A stretch of DNA of 64,000 nt from Octopus sinensis (taxonomy: Eukaryota): the NCBI RefSeq assembly GCF_006345805.1, contig NC_043004.1:65596001-65660000 (forward strand), written 5' to 3'. Positions 13,791 to 26,399 of this stretch are shown in pieces. The notes beneath the pieces are model-generated. The model did not search any database, was not told where the DNA came from, and saw nothing but the letters and a program-made list of their open reading frames with translations. How positions within the stretch are numbered: the stretch's first letter is position 1; every line of letters begins with the position of its first letter. The translations under genes were made by a program, and so were the position numbers.

Positions 13791-14583
13791 ATGCTTTTTT
13801 GCAGAAGGTCAGAATGACCTCAGAATTAAAGTATGCTCAGAAACTGTTCAAGAACCAGTGGAGCAAATTAACAAGACAGCATCTCCTTAGAGAACAGAAA
13901 TCGTTATCATTGCCAAAGTAACGAGCCAGAGAATTCCTTGCAAAACATGGGTACAAAAGACGATATTATTGAAGAACTCGAATATACATCAGAGGCTTAA
14001 CACCAACACACTGCCATTTGGGTAGCAATGAAAGACAGTTTCATTTCAAACACAGTAATAAACTGGGTTGTTGTTTCGATGTTTGTATCATACATTGTGA
14101 AGGGATACGAGGGAAAATCCGGATTCAGAGGTAACTGGTCGTAGTTGCAATTTTGATGTTTAGCTAAATAAATCTTTGCACATTAAATCTTAATTATTGA
14201 GCACGAAAACATTTTCAGACGCATAAGCCTACTTTACCACATAAATTCAGATTTCATGTGTATGTAAAACGATAAAAAATATATCCTAATTGAATATTGT
14301 ATTCCATTTTTTTTATGTAAGTTTAAGAAACGCAACTGCAGACATGGATATTTCAAAAGCGTTTGTTAACTGTGCAGAGGAAACCCTCATGCGATATATA
14401 GGTGTGTAAAATGTATGTTTAACATCAGTGGCCCAGTGGTTAGGATAATCCTTTATTGGCGCTTTCGTTGGTTTATCGAATTCAAGACAAAATCATTTTG
14501 ATTTTGATTTTGTCTTCACGAATTTGCTAAACGAACGAAAGTGCTAAGAATTATACAAAATTCGGACTGACTCCTTTATTTCA

Positions 14584-14708
<125 letters not shown>

Positions 14709-14779
14709 ATGTATGTATGTATGTGTGTGTGTGTGTGTGTGAGAGTGTACACCACTTCAATCACTATATATATATATAT

Positions 14780-14886
14780 ATATGTATGGTGGAGTGCTGA
14801 GCCACTTGCACGTTAATTTCACAAGCAGGCTTTTCAGTTGATCGGATCAACTGGAATCCTCGTCGTCGTAACCGACGGAGTGCCAC
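14780..14886 (+). mobile_element. SINE family C, 3' fragment
   Basis: gtggagtgctgagccacttgcacgttaatttcac. Confidence 0.75.
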
Positions 14887-14957
14887 GAATAACATCAATA
14901 ACATAAAATTCAAACTATGTGGACATGTAAAGTATGTCAACATGATTTGGTTACGCC

Positions 14958-15420
14958 TACTCTTTACTCTCTTTTATTTGTTTCAGTCATTTGACTGTGG
15001 CCATGATGGAGCACCGCCTTTAGTTGAGCAAATTGACTCCAGGACTTATTCTTTGTAAGCCTAGTACTTATTCTGTCAGTCTCTTTTGCCTAAGCGCTAA
15101 GTTACGAGGACGTAAACACACCAGCATCAGTTGTCCAGCGATGCTGGGGGAACAAACACAGGCACACAAACATATACACAGATACACATATATATACACA
15201 TACATACATATATACATGCATATAAATGTATATATATATATATATATATATATACATGCATATGTGTGACGGGCTTCCGTCTACCAAATCCGCTCACAAG
15301 GCGTTGGTCGGCCTGAGGCTATAGTAGAAGACACTTTCCAAAGGTGAACGCAGTGGGAATGAACTTGGAACCATGAGGTTGGTAAACAAGCTACTTACCA
15401 CACAGCCACTCCTAAGCCTA
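14958..15420 (-). mobile_element. tRNA-derived SINE family B (CORE-like, internal microsatellite)
   Basis: Reverse complement of the 23750-24149 type, with a (tactctt)n tail. Confidence 0.9.
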
Positions 15421-15654
15421 TGGTTGGTAATTTTACTCTATGAAATATAGCATAATTTTCTGCCAACAAGTATATATTTGAACATTTTTTATTAAAAACT
15501 TTGTTGATCAGTTTAATATGAGCTTTAGAAGAAATACACCAATTTCCCTCAAATCATCTGTTTGTATTTTATGCCTATTCTTTGCCTGCTGTTTCATCAA
15601 ATCGTGTGACCTGCATAGAACCTGCTGCTGATATGACGATTGGGAATAAGGTAG

Positions 15655-15862
15655 CAACCTGGCAGAGTAGTTCGCCGGCGAAACGAAAAGCTTAGCGGCA
15701 TTTCGTCCTTCTTTACCTTCTTAGTTCAAATTTCACCGAGATATCCTTTGCCTTTCATCCGTTTGGTGTTGATTAAATAAGTACCAAATTATTACTCGTG
15801 TCGGTTAACCGACTTAACTCCTGCAAACCTGCTGGCCTTGTGCCAAACCTTGGAACCAATGT
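15655..15862 (+). mobile_element. SINE family A
   Basis: gcttagcggcatttcgtcc...ctttgcctttcatccgtttggtgttgattaaataagtacc. Confidence 0.75.
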
Positions 15863-16902
15863 CTTAACTGGGAATATTCTCTGTTAGTAGGTGGCATTCA
15901 GCTAAGAGTCTATAGTTTCCCAATTGATAATATAGAGTCAAATATATAGTGAAAGGCGGGGTGGTTACATCTGGAGCGTCCTTGCTGATATATTATTGTT
16001 CCTGAAGCTTCTGGATGGGCTCCATAAGAATATCCATGATGTACGTGTTCTTGCCATGAAAATCGCCGTCATTTATATAACAGACAATATATTATTTATT
16101 AAAATGCTCAATGGTATTATCTGGGTACTTTATATTGCTATTTCTAGGTCATACGGTGTTTCTCTTTAGTTTGTTGATGAAGCTCTTCTCTGACCCGTGA
16201 CTAAACAACTACTTCTGATAACCATCACGAATGTATAGAGATATGGCTGTAAAGTAGAAATATTCGACAGAAAAACTGGCGGCTAGTTTACGGTTTGATA
16301 CATTTGCCTTGGTATTGTAATGTTTATCTAACAAGATATAATATTATGAAAGATCCACGATTATAAACTTCACGGAGCGTAAGTAAAAAAGTAGATTATC
16401 TCACTTCAGACTTTGAGAACGAAACTGTCAAGATTTTCCTACAATTCCCCTAATCTTTATTGCAGTTAATCATATCTCTGAAGCTGTCGTCACGTAGCTT
16501 AGATAATAGGCCCACATATGAATGGGTAATGTACTACGAATAGCGGAGAAATTGAACCAGATTGGTATAGATAGAATCAGACAAAGAGAAGGAAAAATGA
16601 GGAAGATAAAAATTAAGAAGAATAAGAAATTGAGAGAAGAGATATGCATTGACATAGATAAATGAGGCTGGAGAAGATAAAGAAAAAACTGAGACTGGGA
16701 AGAGGGGTGAACGGCGAGCAAGGATGGTATAAAGATGAAACACTGACAAAAGATGAGAGGGGACAGAAAGATGACAAAAGGTTAAGTGTAAAAGATAATT
16801 GAGGTTGATGCTCAGAATGTGAGAGAGATAAGAAAATGATTTGTACACCTCCACACACACATATGTAAATATATGTATAACTATATATACATGATATACA
16901 CT

Positions 16903-16949
<47 letters not shown>

Positions 16950-16954
16950 CACTC

Positions 16955-16988
<34 letters not shown>

Positions 16989-17554
16989 GCATACATAAAT
17001 TATATCTATATCTATATATATGCGTGTGGTTAGTGCGTGTTTATGTCTATTTGTATGTGTAAGTTTTTGTTGTGGTTAAAGAGAAAGAGAGGGAGAGGCG
17101 GAGGTAGAAATACAACGATGGTGAGGGAGACATGCAAAAGAAAAGGGGGAAGGAGCGAGAGAGAGACAAAGAGAGAAACGGAGAAAGAGGAGAGTGGGAC
17201 TGACAGTTTTCAGCTTGTAAACAATAAGAAAGTTGATAGTCAAGAGGATTGATGCAACAAAAAGAACGTCAACCTTAATGCCATTTGAACTGGGAACTTT
17301 GAAACTCAGAAACATAAATGTTCTGCATTTACTAAAGACCTGATGCTGTCTAAAAGTAAGCATAGAGGCCATTTCAGTGATATAACATTAAAGTTGGGTA
17401 TGAAAGTTATTACATATTTAGTGTTTTAAACAACAGCGGGAAGTAACACATCCCGGTAAATGTGCCTAAGGCTTGAACTAATGGTGGGTTAGTGGGATAC
17501 GTTGAAAGCATGTTGCAGAATTTATATTTCAGAAAATTTTCGCATGCTATAGTA

Positions 17555-18062
17555 CATATATTGCGTGGCTGTTTGGTAAGAAACTTGGTCCCGGGTTCAC
17601 TTCCACTGCGTGACAACATGGGCAAGTGTCTTCTGCTTTAGTCTCGGACTGACCAAGGCCTTGTGAGTGGATTTGGTAGAAGGAAACTGAAAGAACCCCG
17701 TCGTATATATATATATCGGAATTACTACTATTTGCGGTTGGAGCCCTTGCTGCTATTTCTAGTGGGTCGAACGGCCTATTATAGCCGTTCCTCAATTGTT
17801 GTTATATATATATACATATATATATGTATGTATATATCTAAGTGTGTCTTTGTATCTGTATTTATCTTCTTCATCACCGCTTGATACGTTGTGAGTGTGT
17901 GTACACACCCGTAAGCTAGCGGTTCAGCAAAAGAATTGACAAGATAAGTAGTAGGCTTTAAAAAAATTAGTCGTGGAGTCAATTTGTTCGACTATAATCC
18001 TTCAAGGCGGTGCTTCTGTATGGCTGCAGTCAAATGGCCGAGAGGAAAGTAAAAGGATAAAA
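17555..18062 (+). mobile_element. SINE family B split by an insertion in its internal (TA)n
   Basis: 5' half at 17555-17705 and 3' half at about 17840-18062. Confidence 0.75.
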
Positions 18063-18081
18063 TTAAAAAGAATATATTATA

Positions 18082-18126
<45 letters not shown>

Positions 18127-18238
18127 AAAAATACGATAAAATCTTCATAAGAAATTATCAAGTAGTTAGCGTGAAAGACCTCATAAGAGAAAAAATCTGT
18201 AATTTTTTCCACTTGAATATATATATTTATATAATATA

Positions 18239-18582
18239 GAGGGCATTATTACACATAAATGCCACACGCAAGGAGGGACTCTTAAAGTCAAAACTACCAA
18301 AATAAACATATCGTACCGAATGCAAGTCTGGAAAGAAGTAATTTAAAAACAGAATTTAGCTGCAGATCACCAGTGATTTCGTAATTAACGAAGTGGTCGC
18401 GTCCCTTACTCATCAGTGACAGCGTGATTGAAGATTTATAATGAATGAACAAAATCAACATACCAGACGAACAACCATCGTATCCACCGTAGCATACAGA
18501 ACTGTTCACATATGTTTATTTTAGTAGTTTTGACTTTAAGAGTCCCTCCTAGCGTGCGGCATTTATGTGTAATAATGCCCTG
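18239..18582. mobile_element. Foldback element with about 72-bp inverted arms in (TA)n, containing a hammerhead
   Basis: Arms 18240-18311 and 18510-18581 are near-perfect reverse complements. Confidence 0.85.
18359..18423 (-). ncRNA. Type I hammerhead ribozyme, second family
   Basis: Minus strand reads GCUG(U)CA-CUGAUGA-GUAA(21 nt)UUAC-GAAA-UCAC(UG)GUGA-UC/UGCAGC. Core is intact, with an AUC site and a 6-bp stem I with one bulge. Confidence 0.85.
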
Positions 18583-18598
18583 TATATAATATATATAT

Positions 18599-18635
<37 letters not shown>

Positions 18636-18899
18636 AGGTCATCCTATAAGTTTTGTCCTAATTTTGAATAAAGAAAACAAATGATCAAATGTTATATTTA
18701 ATTGAAATTTAATCATCAATGCACTTTTCCTGATTATCTATGACTTCCTTCCATTTATTTACAAGCTTTTTAATCCCATCAATGTAAAACTCAAAGCGAA
18801 GAACTCTGAAATGTCAGTTTCAACCTTCTCTTGGCTTGCAAAATGATTCTGTAAACTACGAAACAAATGGTAGTCTGAAGGAGCAAGATCGGGAGAATA

Positions 18900-19032
18900 A
18901 GGTTGATGGGGAGTTTTTTTTCCCAACCAAGCTCTTGGCCACCATCCCTTGCCAGACCCTCGTGGAGCTGAATTGAAACCGCGATGCTATGACCGCGAGT
19001 CCGCTGCCCTAACCACTGGACCATTGCGCTCC
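18900..19032 (-). mobile_element. SINE family C-like, 5' fragment
   Basis: gaccgcgagtccgctgccctaaccactggaccattgcgctccac. Confidence 0.7.
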
Positions 19033-19039
19033 ACAATAC

Positions 19040-19072
<33 letters not shown>

Positions 19073-19111
19073 ATATATATATAGTGATTCACATATCTAT
19101 ATATATATATC

Positions 19112-19142
<31 letters not shown>

Positions 19143-19168
19143 TCAACATATCTATATATATCTATATC

Positions 19169-19458
19169 ATCGGACTCCCCAGCACGATGTGTACACACAC
19201 AGACACACAAACAGACACACACACACACACGCGCGCGCTCTCACATATACTGAGAAAAAGGAGACAGTTAGAATTTCGGATAATCTCTTATTGGCCCTTT
19301 CGTTAGTTTATCGAATTCGTCAAGAGAAAACCATTTTGAATTTTATTTTGTCTTGAGTTTTACAAACGAACGAAAGCGCTAATAAAGAATTATGCTAGAC
19401 TGCCTCCTTTTTTCAATATATATATAAATGCCACATATATATAAATGCCTCCTTTTTT

Positions 19459-19494
<36 letters not shown>

Positions 19495-19739
19495 AAAAAA
19501 GGAGGCAGTCTAGCATAATTCTTTATTAGCGCTTTCGTTCGTTTGTAAAACTCAAGACAAAATAAAATTCAAAATGGTTTTCTCTTGACGAATTCGATAA
19601 ACTAACGAAAGGGCCAATAAGAGATTATCCGAAATTCTAACTGTCTCCTTTTTCTCAGTATATGTGAGAGCGCGCACGCGCGTGTGTGTGTGTCTGTTTG
19701 TGTGTCTGTGTGTGTACACATCGTGCTGGGGAGTCCGAT
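19169..19739. repeat. 248-bp near-perfect inverted duplication around a (TA)n spacer
   Basis: 19169-19416 is the reverse complement of 19492-19739. A solo homologue lies at about 14440-14590. Confidence 0.9.
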
Positions 19740-20789
19740 TTGAGGAAGCCATATGTCATGTAGGGATATAATAAATATAATCCTGTGTTTATATGGACTC
19801 TCTTAACTCTCAGGTTCAGTGAAACCGACCGTGAATATACAGATTGTTAGTATGTGCATAGGTGGTTACTTTCTGCCTGTATGCGATCTACATGTTGGGG
19901 CCCTGAGCATTTCAGTTATGGCACCCCATCCTAACGCTCACAAACTAGAATACAGTCCAAATAACCATAATTGCACACAACACTACATCCCTTTCGTCTC
20001 GTCAGAATTGACAGTTTATACACACATAGAAAGGCTAAAAGCAAAATAATTGCAAATATAATCACGATTCACTTATATATGCATTGACTTAAGTAACCTA
20101 CATTAGACACCTGTAAATGCTGTGACCTACATGAGACACATGTAACCTTAATGGCTACTCAGCCACAAAGCTTTTGGAAAGTGTAGTAAATGATAAACCA
20201 AAATATGTCCCAAATTAAGCAAACCTGTTTAATTGCTAAAAGGTTTATCGAAACTTACAAACATTTTTCTCATACTTGTTTCAAGTTCATTAAATTTGAA
20301 CGATGCATGTTTGAGGTCCCTAGAATGGAAGCCGAAGGGACGTAGTATTTGATGCATATAACTTGCTATAATCTAGATCTGATTACCATCACGTGGTAAC
20401 AGAGGAGAATGTAAGGGAAGATTAGTAAGTTCTGAGATAGCACCTCTTATATATTGTGATGTGTTTTAAGACGTAATATATATCGGAGAGAGACAAAAAT
20501 CGTTCAAGCATCCGGCAGATAGAAAATCGGAAACACTCTGCGCTAAATGGGCCTATTGTTATACAATGGACTATTGTTATACAACGATGTCTGCTCATTA
20601 AATATGATGCATAGATGGTTGTTTTTCTATATAATGCCACTTCTATCGGCGATGACAGATTATTGTTGAGCTGGGTTTATCGCAATACCAGTGAGTGTTT
20701 TTTCAACATGTTCACATATTTCGGTGGCGATACACACACACACACACCACACACACACGCACACACACACACACACCACACACACACAC

Positions 20790-20832
<43 letters not shown>

Positions 20833-20963
20833 ACACACACTACACTCACCTGTTTGTCTGTGTGCATGTGAAGCTTACTTTTCTGCTAAGATAAGACCAA
20901 CAAAAATACTACATTCAGTGACAGTAAATATTTAATATGTACAGATTTTTTACTGTGTATATT

Positions 20964-21022
<59 letters not shown>

Positions 21023-22170
21023 TATTATATATATATATATATATATGTATGTGTATGTGTGTGTGTGCGCGCGTATTATATATATTATATATATATATAT
21101 GTATTTATACGAACGTGTGCTCTGAGATAGAGAGAGTTGATAGACAGCGATATCTGGGGTTCTTCGTATGCTATAAATAGCCGGCAAATTTCCATGAAAT
21201 CGCATTCGCAAGTCTTTATAAGATAAGAAATAAAAAGAAAATTTCAGTTATTCCGTCAGAGGTATACATTAATATGTTATGGGATAGTCACGGCTGTCGC
21301 GCTTTTGATCATAGGAAAATTCGATGAGATATACAAAAACCAATAACCTGCATCTTATTGTTTGTATGTAGAACCATTTCCTAGAAACACTGTATAATTA
21401 CGGAATTTGTACATATACTTTATCCATAAGGTCATACCTGTATACAATTATATTAGAATAGACCAAACATTTTAGATATGCTATCAGAAAATAAAGGCGT
21501 AAAGTAAAAGCAAAGAAAAGAATACCATGCTAATATTACTTATATATACATATATGTTTATTTTCCTTAATATATTCCATCAGTAAATTCTTCTCTAGTG
21601 CTTAGTTATTCTTCGGTTCAGAAGGTAAAAATAATTGTTTATTCGTGTCACATTCCATACAGCTATTTCTCGTAAGAGGTCAACAACTATCAAACTTACC
21701 CGAAGAAAGAATTATCTCAATTTGATATCAAGATTAGTGTAGTGGAAGAAAATGGTGAAAGAAGAAACTAAATGCCTTTAAGTATTCACTTTGGTAACTG
21801 CTCGTTCTAAAATCAAATTACAGTGGAGGAGATTCTCGCCCTGTCTTTCTATGCAGATAATAAAATTAGTACCAGTAAAATAATGTACTCTATTCGGTCC
21901 AATCAACACAGCAACCTTGTGCCGATGTGTCAGTTTATGCCAATGTAACGTAGTAATATTAGCTGGTTTCATTTAAGATGAAATTCTATAGTTTCGCTCA
22001 CACAGCAAAGAAATGTGTTACGTTGAACGTATAATGGTAGCTGTTTGTATCTGATGGATGAGGTCACTATCGCCACGCACCGAAATTCTGTTGCTACTAT
22101 GTCCCGATTATATAAAGGACCAACAAGGAAACCTTATTGCATGTTCAAAGATATATCAGGATATATATAT

Positions 22171-22204
<34 letters not shown>

Positions 22205-22586
22205 ATATTATATATATATATATATAGGTAATATGTATGTGTGTGTATGTATATATGTTTATATATAATATGTATGTGTGTGTGTGTGTGTATGTTTATA
22301 TATATATACATACACACACACACACATATATATATACACACACATGTACACATATGCATGTATATGCATACGATTACTTCATGTTAGAAGATTTATACAT
22401 ACTTGTAATATATCTATCAATCTATTTATAAATATATATGATATAGATATACATGCACACACACACACATACATACATACATACATACATACATACATAC
22501 ACACACACATACATACAAATATACATACGTATATATATACATACATGCATATATATATACATATAAACATATATACACGCGCACAC

Positions 22587-22625
<39 letters not shown>

Positions 22626-22638
22626 AATGTTATCACAG

Positions 22639-22930
22639 TATTATATACCGATGAGACATAATGTTGTAGCTAAGGCACTCTATAATGAAAGATAATCCCT
22701 AGCACACAGAAATAAGAACCCACAACATGGTAGAAGCCATAGCCATTCATAATAAAAAGGAATACTGGTGGAGTGAACCAGTGAAGATCTCAATAAAATG
22801 TAAGCATAACAGACCTGATATACTGATTTGGGATATGAAGATAAACTGTGCACAGTTGTGGATATTAGCTGCTTAGTGGATGTTAATATAAATCAGTGAA
22901 AAAGAGAACACCTATGATGAAGTATTAGTC
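22639..22930 (+). pseudogene. Degraded RLE endonuclease domain of a second RLE non-LTR family
   Basis: Manual translation across frameshifts gives YYIPMRHNVVAKALYNE...KEYWWSEPVKISIKCKHNRPDILIWD...LCTVVDISC.VDVNI...EKENTY. Confidence 0.75.
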
Positions 22931-23749
22931 ACTCTTGTTGATGTTAAAATTGCAATACAGGAGCCTTAGATGCAGGTTAGAAACCAACTCTTTCTCTATT
23001 GGCAACAAATCTTGAAATAAAGCTGAATGATGATATACATATATCAGCCACACTTATTTAAATATATATATATATATACAAATTGAGATAGGGGTTGTGA
23101 GTGCAACCCACCATGTGATAACAGATATCCAATATACTGCCAGTAAAGCACCCAACAAAGTTAATAGATAAATGTTAAGAATTGCTATGCAATTAATTCC
23201 TTTATTGTATTATATGGGCAAAGGTAAAATGTTTTGCCACAAATTCATAATACAAAATAAGAAAATAGAGAAATACACCTTAATCAATAATCAACTGCCA
23301 GATAATACCCCTTCACATAATTTATTAACACACTACATATGAACATCACGGTCAAACATAATAGTACAGAACAAAACAGTGCACATCAATGAGTAATATA
23401 ATACAATAAGTACAATATGCATAAATAAATATAAATGAATCTAAATATAAATATAAACTATATCTTACAGCTGTTTCAGCCATGTAGATATGAGTATCTC
23501 ATTATCCTCATATTAGCCAAGTGTGATAAGTTAATATGTGGTAATAAATGAGACAATTACAAATATATCCCAAGGTCTCTTCAGAGATTATAAAGTACAA
23601 TCTAAATATGAATATCAGAGAAGATACACCCATACAAGAATGAGTAGATATACATAATATATAATATACACATACATATAAGTGTATATACACACGCACC
23701 TATATATATATACGTATATACATAATAATATATAATAATAATATATAAT

Positions 23750-24149
23750 AGGCGCAGGAGTGGCTGTGTGGTAAGTAGCTTGCTAACCAACCACATGGTT
23801 CCGGGTTCAGTCCCACTGCGTGGCATCTTGGGCAAGTGTCTTCTGCTATAGCCCCGGGCCGACCAATGCCTTGTGAGTGGATTTGGTAGACGGAAACTGA
23901 AAGAAGCCTGTCGTATATATGTATATATATATATGTATAATTGTGCGTCTGTTTTTCTCCCTTGCATTGCTTGACAACCGATGCTGGTGTGTTTACGTCC
24001 CCGTCACTTAGCGGTTCGGCAAAAGAGACCGATAGAATAAGTACTGGGCTTACAAAGAATAAGTCCCGAGGTCGATTTGCTCGACTAAAGGCGGTGCTCC
24101 AGCATGGCCGCAGTCAAATGACTGAAACAAGTAAAAGAGTAAAAGAGTA
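23750..24149 (+). mobile_element. SINE family B, full length
   Basis: aggcgcaggagtggctgtgtggtaag head, ggttccgggttcagtccc B-box, cttgggcaagtg CORE-like motif, gtaaaagagtaaaagag tail. Confidence 0.92.
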
Positions 24150-24504
24150 ATATATAATATATAATATTCTAATATTCTAATATATTGAATTGACTAACTG
24201 TAACCTTATATATATGTATGTATATTATTATATACATACATATATATAATGTTAAAATGTTATTTAGGTTTCATATTTCTGACTAACAAACAATTTGTTT
24301 TCCACTATCAAGTATCTTCCCAGTTGTTTCACAATTGCAAGCATGAAAATTTAAATACCAAAAATTTCAGTTTTAAATTACACACACACACGAACACACA
24401 CACAGGTGCGCACGCAAGAACACACATATACGATATAACGACGGGATACAACATAAGACCAACGAGAAGATTTATAAAGGAATCAGCAAATACAAAATAC
24501 ATAC

Positions 24505-24661
24505 AGGTGCAGGGGTGGGTCTGTGGTAAGAAGCTTGCTTCCCAGCCACATGGTTCCGGGTTCAGTCCCACCCCGTGGTAACTTCGGCAAATGTCTTCTA
24601 CTATAGCCTCGGGCGGAGCAAAATCCTTTGAGAGGATTTGGTAGACGGAAACTGAAAAAAG

Positions 24662-24670
<9 letters not shown>
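24505..24670 (+). mobile_element. SINE family B, 5' half
   Basis: Head and CORE-like region, ending at (TA)n. Confidence 0.8.
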
Positions 24671-24703
<33 letters not shown>

Positions 24704-24723
24704 ACATATATATATATGTATAC

Positions 24724-24755
<32 letters not shown>

Positions 24756-24761
24756 GTATAC

Positions 24762-24795
<34 letters not shown>

Positions 24796-25884
24796 TTATA
24801 AATATATGTATGTATATATATATGTATGTATATATATATATATGTATGATATATATATATGTATATATATGTATAAAAATATATAAATATAAATATATAT
24901 ATATATAGGGAGATGTACTTGCATAGCAAGTGATTTGATCTGAGATTTGATCTGTGCAAGTGCTGGAACGAAACAATTGCATCGTGGAAGGTGTTTGTAA
25001 GCCATTTAATGTATGTATATTTGTACTTATGTGCTACGTATGTATGTGTGTATCTAGGAGAATGGGCAGAGGCGTCTGTGTGTGTGTACATGTGTATGTG
25101 CATGTGAACGTATGTCCGTGTACTGGTATGTGTCCGTCCAAGTTGTGTACATGACTGTTACTTTGTTGAAGGTTGTATATATACACACGTATATGTTTGT
25201 ATAGACGCACACACACACACATATATATATATATATGTGGGTATGTGTTTGTTCCTCTCATCACCGTCTAACTGTGAATGGATACAACGTTTAGGTGCAA
25301 CTGTGCACATATAACCATATACATATACGCAAGTACACACAATCATATAGACACACTCATAAATATACATATAATCTTAAATTATATACTCATATATTCT
25401 TAACCCCTTCTACATACATATGTCCTATTTCACACATACACACACACGCACACACACGCACACACACGCATAAACATAGATACGCACACACACACACATA
25501 CATACAAAATACGTCACAGTGTACAAGGGCAACGGTTAAAAATCGAACATGCAATATATCAACCTATCTGCTCAATTTTTAAAAAATTTTAAAATTTTAT
25601 AAATGCATAAACGCATACATATACAATACATGCATGCTCATACGTGCATGCATGTGCATTTTTTATAGCACCAGGATATTTACCTTTTGATGGACGAAAA
25701 TTTCTAGTTAATAAACAATTTGAAACTTTGTATTCTGGTAGAATGTGTCAAAAGAAAACATTTTCACTTGGCTTTTTTGAGAAAATTGTAATTTGTAAGT
25801 ATAACGTTGTTTAATTCTTCGAATTTTAACCAATGAAATGCCAGCATTTGATCATCATCATCATCATCATCATCAATCATCATC

Positions 25885-25944
<60 letters not shown>

Positions 25945-25972
25945 TATTATTATTAATATTATTATCATTATA

Positions 25973-26393
25973 GAGTGAGAGAGCAGCGCATGCCATCAGA
26001 GTGACTCTGGGGTACAAATATACGAATCCCAGTATACACATCATGACTACCTGTCTGATAAGGGTACAGTAGACACATGCATCACAACCATACGCGAGGG
26101 ACATGGTGATCTCATATCAAGTTTCCAAAGGTGAATTATCCAAACCCCAGATAATCCCTCTAAACACATGGCTATGTTGCTCCCTCACTACTTCTGTTTG
26201 TGATCAGAGATGCACACATCATCAGCCACTAAGGGGCATGCTCAACTGGTTATGGTCAAACAACTGACAAGCAAATCTGTGGTATTGAGCAGAATATTTG
26301 CTGTAGACCATCTTTTGTACCAAGACATAACAATGTACATGATAACACTTCCAATCAGTTAAGATCAGTAGCCATGATGGCCACTGTCTGGTA
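25973..26393. mobile_element. Deleted copy of the 554-bp element fused to the Dong RT fragment
   Basis: Colinear with 48179-48722 except for an internal deletion after ctcatatcaag. Confidence 0.8.
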
Positions 26394-26399
26394 GAGTTT

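Noticed and set aside
8511-13921. Long ORFs (up to 268 aa) in the track
   Set aside because: They are translations of (GAT)n, (CTT)n, (GGT)n and (CCT)n tracts with no domain content.
13800-14000. Possible host exon after a polypyrimidine tract (ttttgcag|AAGGTCAG...)
   Set aside because: All frames close quickly, there is no recognisable protein and no partner exons were found.
15950-16400. Possible LINE APE endonuclease relic (GDFHG on the minus strand)
   Set aside because: One weak motif among many stops.
19730-19830. Possible degenerate hammerhead next to the long palindrome
   Set aside because: Several core positions are wrong on either strand.
23457-23515. GAAA-CAGCUG-UA half hammerhead (similar half-motifs near 35500, 41580, 43330, 45330, 56910 and 63350)
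   Set aside because: The CUGANGA core, the U16.1 or the stems are missing or mutated; cannot be distinguished from chance by eye.
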